A DNA stretch of 64,000 nucleotides, taken from assembly GCA_963749655.1 (NCBI GenBank), contig CAVVOB010000014.1, forward strand, positions 96,001 to 160,000, given 5' to 3'. The notes beneath the pieces are model-generated. The model worked only from the letters and a program-made list of their open reading frames with translations, made no database searches and was not told the DNA's origin. The position numbers and the translations under genes are program-made. This document shows, piece after piece, positions 31,749 to 42,864 of the stretch. Every line of letters begins with the position of its first letter. The first letter of the stretch is position 1. Source of the DNA: Nitrospirota bacterium. Lineage in GTDB: Bacteria > Nitrospirota > UBA9217.

Positions 31749-32453
31749 TCACATTTTCCCGTTCAGGTATTTTTTTCTCTTCGCAGCCGGAAACCGCTCG
31801 ATCGCATACCGGAGCATGGTGCGGGGCATTTTTTTGTAATGCCGCAGCAGGAACTTCTCCTCCGCCGCAGCCGACCGCTTGCCCACTTCGCGCAGCATCC
31901 AGCCCACGGCCTTGTGGATCAGATCGTGCTCATCGGACAGGAGCATGCCGGCGATCTTCAGCGTGTCCGCAAAATCGTTCTGCCTGATGAAACTAAGCGT
32001 GGAGAGGATGGCGATGCGCCGCTGCCACAGGTCCCGCGACCGAGCAAGAGTATACAGCCTGCTGCGGCCGCTGCCCGAAAGGTGCTTTCCGACGATGTGC
32101 GGAGCGCTGAGGTCGACGAGGTCCCAGTTGTTGATGTGCCTGGTGTTCCGGAGGTACAGGCCGAAGATCTTCTCCCTGGACGCATCATCGCCGGCGCGGT
32201 ATGCACGCACGAGCATAATGAGCGCAAGGAGCCGCTCCTCGTGGATTGGCGAGGCGAGAAGCTTCATAATGTCCGACAAGGTGGCTGCGGAGAATTCCCT
32301 GGCGACCTTCCGGATGTCGGGGACCATGACCCCGACGAACGCGTCCCCTTCTCCGTATTCTCCCGGACCGGTCTTGAAAAAGCGGCGCAGGACCGCAGCT
32401 TTCTCACTGCTCGCGTATGTTCGCAACTTGCTTCGGATCTCGCTGACGCTCAT
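31749..32453 (-). CDS. DNA alkylation repair protein (AlkD-like)
   Basis: FFKTGPGEYGEGD, INNWDLVD, HKAVGWMLRE, PRTMLRYAIE. Confidence 0.9.
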   Translation of the reverse strand: MSVSEIRSKLRTYASSEKAAVLRRFFKTGPGEYGEGDAFVGVMVPDIRKVAREFSAATLSDIMKLLASPIHEERLLALIMLVRAYRAGDDASREKIFGLYLRNTRHINNWDLVDLSAPHIVGKHLSGSGRSRLYTLARSRDLWQRRIAILSTLSFIRQNDFADTLKIAGMLLSDEHDLIHKAVGWMLREVGKRSAAAEEKFLLRHYKKMPRTMLRYAIERFPAAKRKKYLNGKM

Positions 32454-32750
32454 GGAAAGAACTCTCGCCGTATCGCTGTAAAATCGTTTTTGCGCGGAGA
32501 CGCCGGGGCGCTGAGAAAGGACTGGCCTGAAGCGAAAATAGTTTTTGGTTCGGATAGTTCTAAATTGACGGTTTCGTAAAATACCGGAAATCGCCGACTG
32601 TCCGGAATGTCGCATGACCCATTTGAAATGGAACGATCCCGGAGTGGCGTCAAAGGCGTACAACCCGGCTTTTTCGACGTCACTATAATTGTTTCGGTTA
32701 TGGCTTTCTTTGCGCCTTTGCGGCTTTGCGCGAGACAGCTTTTTGTTCCA

Positions 32751-33203
32751 TCATCCCGCCTGGGCCAGCTTTATTTTTTCGATGACCGCCTTCAGGATGT
32801 CGGCCCTCGTCAGGATGCCGATGAGAATACCCTGGTCGTCGACGACGGTCAGCCGCCGGATCCTCCGCTCGTCCATCATGCGCACGGCCTCGGCGATATT
32901 CGAGTCGGGATGGATGGTAAGGGCCGGCGTCGTCATGATGTCCCCCACGTGGTCGCCCAACCTGCGCTCGGGAAGCTTCTCGCCGAGCATATACTTGAGC
33001 AGGTCTTTGAACGTGTGCTCCCGGCCCACTCCCACCATGGACAGGATGTCGGCCTGCGTGATGATGCCGACGACCTTGTTTTCCTTGTCCACCACCGGAA
33101 GGCCGCTGATGTTCTTTTCCGTCAGGATGTTGGCCACCTTCATGATGCTTTCGAACTTCGTGATGGAAAGTACATTTTTCGTCATCACATCACGGACCCG
33201 CAT
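32751..33203 (-). CDS. CBS domain pair protein
   Basis: VRDVMTK..ISGLPVVD..GIITQAD / VGDIMT..RRLTVVD..GILTRAD. Confidence 0.9.
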   Translation of the reverse strand: MRVRDVMTKNVLSITKFESIMKVANILTEKNISGLPVVDKENKVVGIITQADILSMVGVGREHTFKDLLKYMLGEKLPERRLGDHVGDIMTTPALTIHPDSNIAEAVRMMDERRIRRLTVVDDQGILIGILTRADILKAVIEKIKLAQAG

Positions 33204-33493
33204 CTCGAGCCCGATCGACGACCGTAAATGTCCCTCCGTCCTGCTGCTGTCTGCGCTGTCCATAACGATCTCCATAAAACAGTGGGATTGTGCGGAAGTG
33301 CCGATGAAAAAGGACGCCCCGCGGCCGGCACCGTCTTTGCCGGGCCGGTGCGGACCGGGTAGTACTATAACATAAAAGGGCTGACAGGTGAACTGCATAC
33401 TTTGGTTCGTGCTCCGGACGGATGCAGGCCTTCGGAAAAATAGGGACGCAGGCATGTGACTCCAGCCTGCGTCCGTCTGAAAGGAGCTGTGAC

Positions 33494-34297
33494 CTACTTC
33501 AAGACTTCGCCCAGTAACTTTTTCATGGCGTCCCAGGACTCTTGGTCCGCTTTCTTGTTGTACGCGAGGGGGATCTTGAACTTTTTCCCGTATGCCGTCG
33601 CGTCGGGGTTGGTAAAGCTGTGCAGGGCGCCGGGGTAGACGATGAATTGGTAATCGGCGCCGGCCTTCGTCATCTCGTCCTTGAACGCCGCGATCTGCTC
33701 CGGCGTGGTGAACTTGTCGTCCCCGCCGTGGAGCACCAGGAGCTTCGCCTTGATCGCGCCGGGTTCGGCCGGCTTGACCGCGCCCAGCATGCCGTGGAAG
33801 CTGACGACACCCTTCAGATCCGCCCCCTGCCGCGCCATATTGAGAACAACGCCGCCGCCGAAGCAGTAGCCGATGGCCGCGATGCGGGTCGGATCAACGG
33901 TCGGCTGCTTTTTCAGGAACTCCTCGCCGGCCGCGAACCGCGCTTTTGCCGTGTCGAAGTTTTTCATTACCTCGGACGAAAACTTGCCCGCATCATCAGG
34001 GTGCGAGGCCGTCTTCCCTTCGCCGTACATGTCCACTGCCAGGGCCGTGTAACCGAGACCGGCCAGCATCCGCGCCCGTTTCCTGGCATAATCATTGAGT
34101 CCCCACCATTCATGCACGACGAGAATTCCGGGGGACTTGACCTTGATCGCGCTGTCATAGGCCAGATAGCCCTTGAGCGTGACGCCCTGGGCCGAATATT
34201 CGACATTCTTTCCCACGATCTTTGCATGGGCAGGGACAGCTGCGGCCGCCATGGCCAAAAATGCAAAGCCCGCGAGGAACAGGATAATGCGTTTCAT
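33494..34297 (-). CDS. Secreted dienelactone hydrolase family protein
   Basis: Signal peptide, HEWWGLN, GYCFGG, HSFTNP. Confidence 0.93.
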   Translation of the reverse strand: MKRIILFLAGFAFLAMAAAAVPAHAKIVGKNVEYSAQGVTLKGYLAYDSAIKVKSPGILVVHEWWGLNDYARKRARMLAGLGYTALAVDMYGEGKTASHPDDAGKFSSEVMKNFDTAKARFAAGEEFLKKQPTVDPTRIAAIGYCFGGGVVLNMARQGADLKGVVSFHGMLGAVKPAEPGAIKAKLLVLHGGDDKFTTPEQIAAFKDEMTKAGADYQFIVYPGALHSFTNPDATAYGKKFKIPLAYNKKADQESWDAMKKLLGEVLK

Positions 34298-34467
34298 GAT
34301 AGCCTCCTTGATGTGAGAATCCTTGATGGCTGGTGCCTCCGACTTAAGATGCAGGAAGCGTTCTTCGTCCCTTGCTTGGCAAAAACGCGCCGAGAGGGCA
34401 CTCAGGGCCGCATCCTGAGGCAGAGGTCGTCATGAAATAATTGTACCAGAGACGGAGGGGGGGTGCT

Positions 34468-34935
34468 CTAGCGGTTCCGTTCCTTTATTGCGCGCTCCAC
34501 TTCGCGCTTCGATTCTTTTTCCTTGATCGTATCGCGCTTGTCAAAGGCCTTCTTGCCCTTTGCCATGCCGATCAGGACCTTGGCCTTGCCGCGCACGAAG
34601 TAGATCTTGAGCGGGATGAGGGTGTATCCCTTCTGCGTCATCTTGCCGATGAGCTTCCGGATCTCCTCCCGGTGCATCAGGAGCTTGCGGGTGCGGAGCG
34701 GATCGTGGTTCATGATGTTGCCGAAGGGATAGGGGCTGATGGTGGCGTTGAACAGGAAGACCTCGTCCTTCTTCACCAGGGCGTAGCTGTCGGTCAGGTT
34801 CGCGAGGCCCGCGCGCAGGGACTTGACCTCCGTGCCCTGGAGCACGACGCCCGCCTCGAGGGTCTCTTCGATGAAGTAGTCGTGGAACGCCTTGCGGTTC
34901 GTGGCGACTGCGGATTCCTGTTTCTTCTCGGTCAT
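34468..34935 (-). CDS. smpB: SsrA-binding protein
   Basis: [37 protein letters not shown]. Confidence 0.97.
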   Translation of the reverse strand: MTEKKQESAVATNRKAFHDYFIEETLEAGVVLQGTEVKSLRAGLANLTDSYALVKKDEVFLFNATISPYPFGNIMNHDPLRTRKLLMHREEIRKLIGKMTQKGYTLIPLKIYFVRGKAKVLIGMAKGKKAFDKRDTIKEKESKREVERAIKERNR

Positions 34936-35008
34936 GGGGCCATGATACACGATGCTGGACCGGGAAGCAAGCGGACAGGCTATGATGCCGACGCGGAGCG
35001 CCGGATGG

Positions 35009-35383
35009 TCATGCGGCTTTTCTGCCCCGGGAAGCGTTCATGCGGACTTCAAGATATTCCTTCAGCGCAACGGCGTTGTTGATGCGCTCCTCTTTCGAAC
35101 CGAACAGCAGGGTCACCGTGCCTTGCATCGAGTAGTTCGCGATCTGGCCGATCAGGTCTTCCTTCCCCCGCAGTTCCGTGAAGAACCGCTTTTTGAACCC
35201 GCCCCACTTGTCCGGATCATGATTGAACCAGATCCTGAGTTCGTTGCTCGGGCTGAGCTCCCTGAACCATGCATCGATTCGCGCCTCCTCTTTTCTGAGC
35301 CCTCTCGGCCAGAACCGGTCGACCAGGATACGCTTTCCGTCGTGCGGCGACGGCTCGTCATAAACGCGTTTGATCTTTATCAC
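35009..35383 (-). CDS. DUF488 family protein
   Basis: [38 protein letters not shown]. Confidence 0.9.
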   Translation of the reverse strand: MIKIKRVYDEPSPHDGKRILVDRFWPRGLRKEEARIDAWFRELSPSNELRIWFNHDPDKWGGFKKRFFTELRGKEDLIGQIANYSMQGTVTLLFGSKEERINNAVALKEYLEVRMNASRGRKAA

Positions 35384-35471
35384 GACGACTCCTGTCCTTT
35401 CTGTCAATGGATGAACGGCAGAAACAATCATTGTCGCGGCCGTTCGATCCTGCGCGTCTTACAGCGTAAGG

Positions 35472-35858
35472 TCAGAGCTGTGCGCTCGCTTCCTCGACTT
35501 TGACGGCAAGCACTCCCCTGGCCCAGGGGAATTTTTTCTTTGCCGCCGCGAAGCGGTCCCCGGAGGTCTCGATCGTTCCCGTGCCCCTGACCCTGCATCC
35601 CTTCCCCGGCCCGTTCGCGCCCTGCACCTGCTTTGTGGCGAAGAGCAATTCTATCCTGCTGTCCGACTGAAGATTCCGTTCCGTGGCGCGGTAACCGCCG
35701 ACCGGCACAAATAGCATCCCGTCATCGCCGTTGCTCAAGACCCGGATATAGTCACCCCACGTTCCCGCAAGATGAGCCCCCTCAACGCCTGACGTCGCAA
35801 TCGCAACCCATTCGGCTTTTTCGATGACTGCTTTGCATGCATTTTCTATTTTTGACAT
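35472..35858 (-). CDS. FMN-binding split-barrel (pyridoxamine 5'-phosphate oxidase-like) protein
   Basis: WVAIAT..HLAGTW..PVGG..TERNL..G.G.RVRG. Confidence 0.75.
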   Translation of the reverse strand: MSKIENACKAVIEKAEWVAIATSGVEGAHLAGTWGDYIRVLSNGDDGMLFVPVGGYRATERNLQSDSRIELLFATKQVQGANGPGKGCRVRGTGTIETSGDRFAAAKKKFPWARGVLAVKVEEASAQL

Positions 35859-35899
35859 AATGGATCTCCTTCTCGGTGCTGATGTCGCTCCTTCCCCTT

Positions 35900-36421
35900 T
35901 CATTCCCCTTCATCGGAGATGAGCCCGGCCTTCCTGAGAAGCCGGAATGTCCTTTTCCGTTCCTCCTCGGCGTTGAGCTCGAAAACATTCTCGCGGTGCT
36001 CTGCGTATCTGTCGAAGGCGAAGAGGACCATGTCGTCGATGACGGCGTCCCAGGCTGTCAGTTCCTCACTCCAGCGCGGATCGTTCACGATCGTGCTTCC
36101 CAATTCGCTTCGTACAGCCTTTTTGAGCGCGATGAAAAACTTCAGGGAGTGGGACGCTGCTATAGCGCTTGTTGCCCTGATTCCCACAATGCTGTCCAGA
36201 AACCTCGATGTGTCCTCGTCCAGAACGCCCAGAAGAAGGGCGTCGAAAAGTGCATTCAGCCCTGCTTCAAGGTCGCTGTACCGTGCCCCGGCCAGGAGAG
36301 ACAGCTGCTTTTCCGCAAAATCGGGCGAGCTGCCCGCGGGGGCAGCCAGCACGGCTTCGTGCCATGCATTTACAATGGCGGATTTTCTTTCCCGCAGCAA
36401 TTGTTTCAGTTCTGCATTCAC
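35900..36421 (-). CDS. RsbRD N-terminal domain / DsrT-like protein
   Basis: L.E.K.AIV..W..LD.IV.IRA......F...LKK.VR..ID...L.AFD.Y...RE..FEL pattern. Confidence 0.65.
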   Translation of the reverse strand: MNAELKQLLRERKSAIVNAWHEAVLAAPAGSSPDFAEKQLSLLAGARYSDLEAGLNALFDALLLGVLDEDTSRFLDSIVGIRATSAIAASHSLKFFIALKKAVRSELGSTIVNDPRWSEELTAWDAVIDDMVLFAFDRYAEHRENVFELNAEEERKRTFRLLRKAGLISDEGE

Positions 36422-36448
36422 CAGACTTGCCTCCCGGCCCGACCTGCC

Positions 36449-36889
36449 TCAGTCCCCTTTCAGCTTCAGGTACTCTCCGATCAGGATTGCTGCGGGATAA
36501 AGGACCTCTTCCTCGGTCTGTGCGTGCAGTATCAGCCTTTCAGCGAGCTGCACATATTCATCCCGTTTCTCTTCCCTCGCGGCCTCCATGAGCGCATGGA
36601 GCGCGATCACAACGGCCTTATGCTCATGGAGCATGTGTCCGAAGTCCGCTTTTAATTTGTCCGTCATGGCGATCACGCCTCCGCGGTCCGGCGGGACCTC
36701 TCCCGCCGCGAGCCCCGGCAAAAGCCCGAGCGGAGGCATGGCGTATTCCTCTTCCTTTGCAAAATGGGGATGGAGCGCCTGCGCAACTGCCTTGGCGGCA
36801 AGAGCAGTTCTGCCGCCTGCCTTCGTCGCGGCAACAAGTTCGGCATGAAGCTCTTCATGTTCACGCTTGAGCGATGCTGGTGCTATCAT
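36449..36889 (-). CDS. Hemerythrin-domain protein
   Basis: EHEELH, HFAKEEE, EH, HAQTEEEVLYP. Confidence 0.85.
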   Translation of the reverse strand: MIAPASLKREHEELHAELVAATKAGGRTALAAKAVAQALHPHFAKEEEYAMPPLGLLPGLAAGEVPPDRGGVIAMTDKLKADFGHMLHEHKAVVIALHALMEAAREEKRDEYVQLAERLILHAQTEEEVLYPAAILIGEYLKLKGD

Positions 36890-36988
36890 GGCAGATCATC
36901 CTTTCTTTCCGCTCCCGTATCCCTCTTCTCTTTCATTAAAATTCTACCACCGCTGGCCGGGCCACAACACCCGGGAATTCCCTGTTCA

Positions 36989-37552
36989 TCACTGTATCGC
37001 GTTCAGGTGGTCCTTGAGGTAGGCAATCTTTTGCCTCAGGCCGTATCGTACCTGCGGTTCCTTTACGCCTGTTCCGTCAAGGAGGACGGCATAGACAACC
37101 CGTGATGACCGGAGGATGAGATAAAAATAGTCGTCTGCCCGGTAGAGGTAGGTCTCATCGACTTTATAGAGAGCGGGGTCTACCGTTTCTTCCTCGCCGA
37201 AAATGCGGGGGGAGGACTCAGGAATCATCTGCTTGAAATATTCGCGCGCCTGCCCGAGCGTCGGAGGGATATTCACGAGACACAGGTATTTTACTTCCCT
37301 GCCCTGCGACCCCACCATGATCGTTCCATATACGCCGCTGAACCCGAACTGCGTGGTGTCTATTTTGAGAAAAATATACGGCACGCCCTCGGGCGTCATT
37401 TTGTGCCAGTACCGATCGATCGGGAAACTCACGATCTCCGCAGGCACAAAGAGGTACTTCCTGTCCGCAGAAGTGACTTCATGCCCTCCCGAACAGGCCG
37501 CAGCCAAAAAAACAAGCGCTGTACTCAACGCGAAGACCGGTGATCGTATCAT
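36989..37552 (-). CDS. Hypothetical lipoprotein
   Basis: Lipobox LAAAC. Confidence 0.7.
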   Translation of the reverse strand: MIRSPVFALSTALVFLAAACSGGHEVTSADRKYLFVPAEIVSFPIDRYWHKMTPEGVPYIFLKIDTTQFGFSGVYGTIMVGSQGREVKYLCLVNIPPTLGQAREYFKQMIPESSPRIFGEEETVDPALYKVDETYLYRADDYFYLILRSSRVVYAVLLDGTGVKEPQVRYGLRQKIAYLKDHLNAIQ

Positions 37553-37612
37553 ATCGTTCCCCCCGACCGTGTTCCGGCAGAGACCGCATCAAAGGATCAA
37601 AAGACCGCCCGT

Positions 37613-37843
37613 TCATCCTACGTGGATGATCGCGACAGGGCAGGCATCAGCGGCCTCATTCACCTTGTCCTTCAGGGTGTCAGGAAACTGTCCGCTTGCC
37701 GGATCGCCTCCTACCTGATACTTGGGAACGACCTGGCTCCAGCTGTCCACGGAGTTCTGTTCAAAGACCTCAGGGCACATTGTCCAGCACGATTCGCAGC
37801 TGATGCACTGATCCCTGTCGATCGTCACGCCTATGTTCGCCAT
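37613..37843 (-). CDS. Ferredoxin
   Basis: CISCESCWTMCP ... ACPV. Confidence 0.9.
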   Translation of the reverse strand: MANIGVTIDRDQCISCESCWTMCPEVFEQNSVDSWSQVVPKYQVGGDPASGQFPDTLKDKVNEAADACPVAIIHVG

Positions 37844-38165
37844 CACGACACCCCTCAACCTTGAATTTATTTTTTCTGGTCCTCGTCGCAAACCGGTTCT
37901 CATTCGTGGCAGCTTCCGGGGATGGCCCTTTCGTACCCGAACTCGACAAGCCGGACGTTCCTCCTGTTCTGGAAACACCCGCTTCAGTATTGATATAAAT
38001 AATTATACATAAATCGGAACTGATATTCTTTTTGAACTGAGCCTCCGGGAAACTATCTCTCCCTCCTCGTTCATGCCCTTTACGTCAAAAAAAACCGGAG
38101 GTCGCCCTTCAGGGACCTCCGGTTGGGATACCTCTATTGTTCATTCATTATTCGGCATGTTTTGG

Positions 38166-38837
38166 TTATGCATGCTGATGGGGGCGAAGGCTGCTGAGCA
38201 CCCTGCCGCTGATTGCCGTGCCGCTCATAAGGTTCGAGAGGCCGATTCCCAGCAATGCCACAAGGTTCAGGATTGCCGGGCTTAGTCCGACAATGGCGAG
38301 TATCCCGAGCGTAACCGCGGTCACGCCGAAGAGGAGGGATACACCGGCAGAAGCGGTCACCGCCTCACGTGCCACGTCCTTGTAGAGCTCGTCTTCACCC
38401 ATCCTGCTGATCAGCATCTCATCGAGCCTGGCCGAAATTCCGCTGCTGAATATCAAGGTGCCGCCGAATACGATGGCTGCTGCGGGCATAAGGATTGTTG
38501 GCGATACATTGAGAAGCGTCAGAATCCCCAGGATTATGCCGGTAATACCCCCGACAACCTCGGCGGTCAGACCCGAGCCCAGACCCGACACGTCGTACCA
38601 CTTCTTCGTCGCTTCGGCGAATAGCCTGGTGAAACGACGCGCCACGGCGCCTCCTTCGAACACGAAGGCGACGCCCAGGGCGATGGTCGACACCGGTATC
38701 ATGTAGCTCGGCATGATGTTGGCCAGACCGATGATCGCCAGCGCCACGCCGGCGCCCCCTGCGATCCCTTCGGCTAGCGAGCCGCCCTTCATGTACCGCT
38801 CCTCTGATCCTTCATAGGTTTCTGCAGTTGTTGCCAT
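38166..38837 (-). CDS. Multi-pass membrane protein with three similar hairpin units
   Basis: Hydrophobic, repeated G...LGIL.I units. Confidence 0.7.
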   Translation of the reverse strand: MATTAETYEGSEERYMKGGSLAEGIAGGAGVALAIIGLANIMPSYMIPVSTIALGVAFVFEGGAVARRFTRLFAEATKKWYDVSGLGSGLTAEVVGGITGIILGILTLLNVSPTILMPAAAIVFGGTLIFSSGISARLDEMLISRMGEDELYKDVAREAVTASAGVSLLFGVTAVTLGILAIVGLSPAILNLVALLGIGLSNLMSGTAISGRVLSSLRPHQHA

Positions 38838-39128
38838 AAACCACACTTCCTTTCTGGCAGGGCTGAGAATACATCCTGAGCCGCACCATACTTACTGCCG
38901 CTTCATAACTACCACATATATTGTATCGCTTCGGCAGCCACAGTCAATTGCACTAAAATAGTACCGTTAATGTCTGCTACCCACTTATCACACATGAAAG
39001 GATTATGAAAAGGAGGTGGTGATGGGGATGACACTGCGTGGACGGGGGATAGCTGTTTCAAATGCCCGCTATTGCGCGAACGAAAATAGCTCGGCAGGGG
39101 TTCTCTGCAGTTTTTTTTCGAAAGGAAA

Positions 39129-39846
39129 CTACTTCCCGAGGTACCGGTTGAGCAGATCTTCCGTTCCCCTCTTGAGAAATTTCTCTCCCTCCGACCGGGC
39201 GACCGCTGCCGCGGTCTCCCGTGCCAGGGCTGCGGCAACGGTTTTGGCCACCTCATCAGGCGTTGCGCCGCCGTTCCCGCCGATGTCGTTCAGCTCTATT
39301 CTCGGGAGATCAAGCATAAGCGGCTTGTCTCCCAGTGCCGCGATGCGGGCCTCTATGTGGCCCTTTTCGATCACGAGCCGTTTGATGGAAAGCCGCGTCT
39401 CTTTGCTTTTCGTTTTCTTCGCGGCATCCCGTCGCGGCTCCTTTGCCTGGAGGTTGGCCTTGAGCGCGTCGACGTTGGACGTCTTCGCCTGCGTTATTTC
39501 GTAGAAGACCTCGGGACCGGCGACGCGGATTTCCCGGATAACGATCGGAGATTTCGTGACGGATTTCACGGCGATCTTCGTCGAGAATCTCTCCCAGGCT
39601 GAATATATGCGGGGCTGAAAAGCCGGGTGGATTCGCAACGGTCAATCCTTTGATCGATGCCTCGCCGGACGAGAGCCGGATGCTCACGGAGGAAACGCGC
39701 ACCGCAGTCTTCACTGCCTGGGACCCGTACTTTTCGATGGCGCTTTTTACGATAAAGTCCAGGTTCGTAAGAACGTAGATGATCGAGCCGGTGATTACGA
39801 GCAGCACGACTGCCGCGACGATCAGAAAAGGTCTGCCCTTTTTCAT
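39129..39846 (-). CDS. AsmA/DUF748-like protein (1-bp frameshift at ~39588)
   Basis: N-terminal TM, IEKYGS..VANPPGFS..FSLGEI / IELNDIGG..GATP. Confidence 0.75.
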
Positions 39847-39926
39847 AGTCCACTCCCTGTGTTTGCTTTTATTGTACCATGAATCCGGCACACGGAAACA
39901 ACAGGGACTGCGAAGGCACGGGGTGT

Positions 39927-40664
39927 TCACGGTCTTGTTTTCTCGAGCTTTCGCGCAGCGGCGGCGGTGTGCGAGGATTCCACGACCATCATCTTTCCGT
40001 CAAACCGTGCTGCGGCGCGGAACTCGGCCTCAGCCTCGTGGGGCTTATTCAGCGCGAGGAAGACTTTGCCGAGGTTGTAATGCGCTTCCGCGAAGCCGGG
40101 CAGGAGCCTGAGCGCTGCTTCGTATTCCTGCCTGCTTTTCTCGAGCGAGCCCTGCATGAAGAAAAGGTTCCCGAGATTGTTCCTGCATGCTGCCTCCGCC
40201 GGTCGGTTCCTGTTCGTCCGCGCGTCGTCGATCTGTATCCGGAGCGCTACCTCGAAATTGTGAAACGCATCCGCGTAACCGGGCCGCAGGGCGAGAGCCG
40301 CCCGGTACTCCGGGGCCGCTTCCGCGGCCCTGCTGAGCCTGAGGAGCGCATTGCCGATATTTTAGTGGGTGACCGGATCCAGGGGATCGAGCAGTGCCGC
40401 GGCGCGGTACTCTCCGAGCGCCTTTCCGCTTCGCCGCTGATCGGAATATAACCTGCCGAGGTTGTAGTGGGGCCGCGCCTTTGCCGGGCTTTTCGCAGCG
40501 GCATCCTCCCAAAGCAGGATTGTCGAGTAATAGGCGGAGTTTCTCGCAAGAGACGCTGCTCCGAGGGCAAGCAGAATAACGACCGCGGCTGCGGCCTGAA
40601 CGATGGCGATCGGGACCGCGAATTTCGTACGCTGCGGCGGATTTGCTTTTTTCATGACTGGCAT
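39927..40664 (-). pseudogene. TPR protein copy 1 with in-frame TAA at 40364-40362 (TAC in paralog)
   Basis: Colinear with 42255-42857; reading continues in frame after the stop. Confidence 0.75.
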
Positions 40665-40671
40665 GGGCGGC

Positions 40672-42063
40672 CTATTTTATCGCATAGAGCTTGGAATCAA
40701 CCGACCCCACGTAGAGGGTCCCGTCAGCTCCGATGGCAGGGGAGGAGTAGATACCATTCCCTGTAGGGTAGCTCCACTTGAGCGTGCCCGAGGAATTCAG
40801 CGCGTAAAGTTTGCTGTCCCATGACCCTACATAAACGGTCCCGTCAGCACCGATGGCGGGAGAAGAGAAGACAGAGCTTCCGGTCGCGAAGCTCCACTTG
40901 AGGCTGCCGTCGGATTTGATTGCATACAATTTAGAGTCCTGCGACCCAACGTACACGGTTCCGTCGGCGCCGACAGCTGGGCATGACCTGACCGATTGAC
41001 CCGTCACATAACTCCACTTGAGGCTGCCGTTTGGTCTGATCGCATACAGCCTGGTATCCCCCACTCCTGAACCTATATATATTGTCCCGTCTGGTCCTAT
41101 GGCAGGAGAAGACCTGAGCATGGCGGAGCCGCCGGTGGCGTAGCTCCACAAGAGGCTGCCGTCTGGCCTGATCGCATACAGCTTATTATCATCCGACGCG
41201 ACGTACACGGTCCCATCTGTGCCCAGGGCGGGAGAAGACCACACGATGCTGCCCGTCGCATAGCTCCACAGGAGGCTGCCGTCGGATTTAAACGCATACA
41301 ATTTGTTGTCATACGATCCCGCGTACACGGTCCCGTCCGCGCCGATCACGGGAGAGGAATCGACCATGTCTCCCGTCGCATAGCTCCATTTGAGGCTGCC
41401 GTCGGACCTGATCGCATAGAGGGTTCCGTCGTCCGACCCCGCATACATGGTCCCGTCCGCGCCGACGGCAGGTGAAGAGTACACACCGCTTCCTGTTGCA
41501 TAACTCCACTTGAGGTTGCCGTCGGACTTGATCGCATACAGTTTGTTGTCGGCCGATCCCGCATACACAGTCCCGTCCGCGCCGACGGCGGGTGAAGTAT
41601 ACACACCGCCTCCGGTCGCATAACTCCATGCAAGCGATCCGGTTGAGCTGGAAACAACAGGGCTCACGCCCGTGCCCTGAAGATCGCGCCGGAACCTGGG
41701 CCAGGGACTCAGACTCGTCACCGTCATGTCCGTGCTCAGCGACGCGGTCTCGGCGCCCGTGCTCACGACCAGGCCGACCGCGAAAATCCCCGGGATACCC
41801 TGCGAGGTCCACGTCTCGCTGCTCGCCGTGCCGATCCCGATCCCGCCCGCGGTCCACTGGTAGATCGCTGTCGCACCGGACGGCACCGACACCGATGCGG
41901 ACAGGTTTGCCGTTGTCACCACCGGCTGGGGCGTGATCGTGATGCTGCTGATGGTGAGCGGCCCGGATGTACTGCCTGATGAGCCGCCGCCCCCGCCGCC
42001 GCAGGCGAACAGCACGATCAACGCAAGCATAAGGATCATGAGCCTGACAGAACTGTGTTTCAT
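40672..42063 (-). CDS. Lipoprotein with Ig domain and 8-bladed PQQ-like beta-propeller, copy 1
   Basis: LFAC-GGGGGG; 8x ~40-aa SSPAIGADGTVYVGS.D.KLYAI repeats. Confidence 0.9.
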   Translation of the reverse strand: MKHSSVRLMILMLALIVLFACGGGGGGSSGSTSGPLTISSITITPQPVVTTANLSASVSVPSGATAIYQWTAGGIGIGTASSETWTSQGIPGIFAVGLVVSTGAETASLSTDMTVTSLSPWPRFRRDLQGTGVSPVVSSSTGSLAWSYATGGGVYTSPAVGADGTVYAGSADNKLYAIKSDGNLKWSYATGSGVYSSPAVGADGTMYAGSDDGTLYAIRSDGSLKWSYATGDMVDSSPVIGADGTVYAGSYDNKLYAFKSDGSLLWSYATGSIVWSSPALGTDGTVYVASDDNKLYAIRPDGSLLWSYATGGSAMLRSSPAIGPDGTIYIGSGVGDTRLYAIRPNGSLKWSYVTGQSVRSCPAVGADGTVYVGSQDSKLYAIKSDGSLKWSFATGSSVFSSPAIGADGTVYVGSWDSKLYALNSSGTLKWSYPTGNGIYSSPAIGADGTLYVGSVDSKLYAIK

Positions 42064-42174
42064 GTCGCCCCTCCTCGCAAGTGATACTCGTCAACGGCCG
42101 GAAATTACCCCGGACAAGCCCGGAACCGGAAGGCATCTCCCGCTCGGCACTGCCCGCTGCCGCGGTCGAACCCA

Positions 42175-42232
42175 CCCTCACCCCAGCCTCTCTCCGCGGT
42201 TAAATCATTCGAGGACAGTCTCTGAGGGAGAG
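42175..42232. repeat. CCCTCACCCC/GGGAGAGG-type intergenic repeat
   Basis: CCCTCACCCCAGCCTCTCTCC...GAGGGAGAGG. Confidence 0.45.
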
Positions 42233-42254
42233 GTGCAGGCGGACAAAGATATTT

Positions 42255-42857
42255 CTATCCGCGCTGCCCTGCCTTTCTCATTTCATCGAGAACTTTTTCG
42301 AGATTGAACCGCGCCTCTGTAAACCCCGGCAGGAGCCTGAGCGCTGCTTCGTACTCGCTCCTGCTCTTTGCAAACGCTAGTTGCATGAAGAAAAGGTTCC
42401 CGAGATTGTTTCTCCATGCGGCTTCAGCCTGACGGTTCTTTCCTGCTGTCGCCTTGTCGATCTCGATCCGGATAGCGACCTCGAAGTTGTGCAGCGCATC
42501 GCGATAGTTCGGCTGCAGGGCAAGCGCTGCCCGGTACTCCGGCACCGCCTCCGTCCCCCTGCCGAGAATCAGCATCACGTTGCCGATGTTGTAGTGCGTG
42601 ACCGGGTCCAGGGGATCGAGCCGCTCCGCAACCCGGTACTCTCTCAGGGCCTCGACGTTTCTCCGCTCGTCGGAATAGAGCCGGCCGAGGTTGTAATGCG
42701 GCCGCGCCTTGCCCGGGCTTTTTTCGACCGCGTCTTCCCAGAGCCCGGTTGCCGACTGGTAAACCGTGTTTCGTGCAAAGCACACGGCCATGAGCGCGAG
42801 CAGAATGCAGAGTGGAGCGACGACCTGCACTGAACTTGTTTTTTTCAAAGCGTGCAT
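42255..42857 (-). CDS. Membrane-anchored TPR protein, copy 2
   Basis: TM, RNTVY..LWEDAVEKSPGKARPHYNLG, TPR repeats. Confidence 0.85.
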   Translation of the reverse strand: MHALKKTSSVQVVAPLCILLALMAVCFARNTVYQSATGLWEDAVEKSPGKARPHYNLGRLYSDERRNVEALREYRVAERLDPLDPVTHYNIGNVMLILGRGTEAVPEYRAALALQPNYRDALHNFEVAIRIEIDKATAGKNRQAEAAWRNNLGNLFFMQLAFAKSRSEYEAALRLLPGFTEARFNLEKVLDEMRKAGQRG

Positions 42858-42864
42858 AAGCGCC

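Noticed and set aside
34300-35010. tmRNA (ssrA) next to smpB
   Set aside because: No tRNA-like GGGG...CCACCA ends recognised in the flanks
40362-40364. Recoding of the in-frame stop in TPR copy 1
   Set aside because: It is TAA replacing Tyr, not a Sec/Pyl codon; a nonsense change or base-call error
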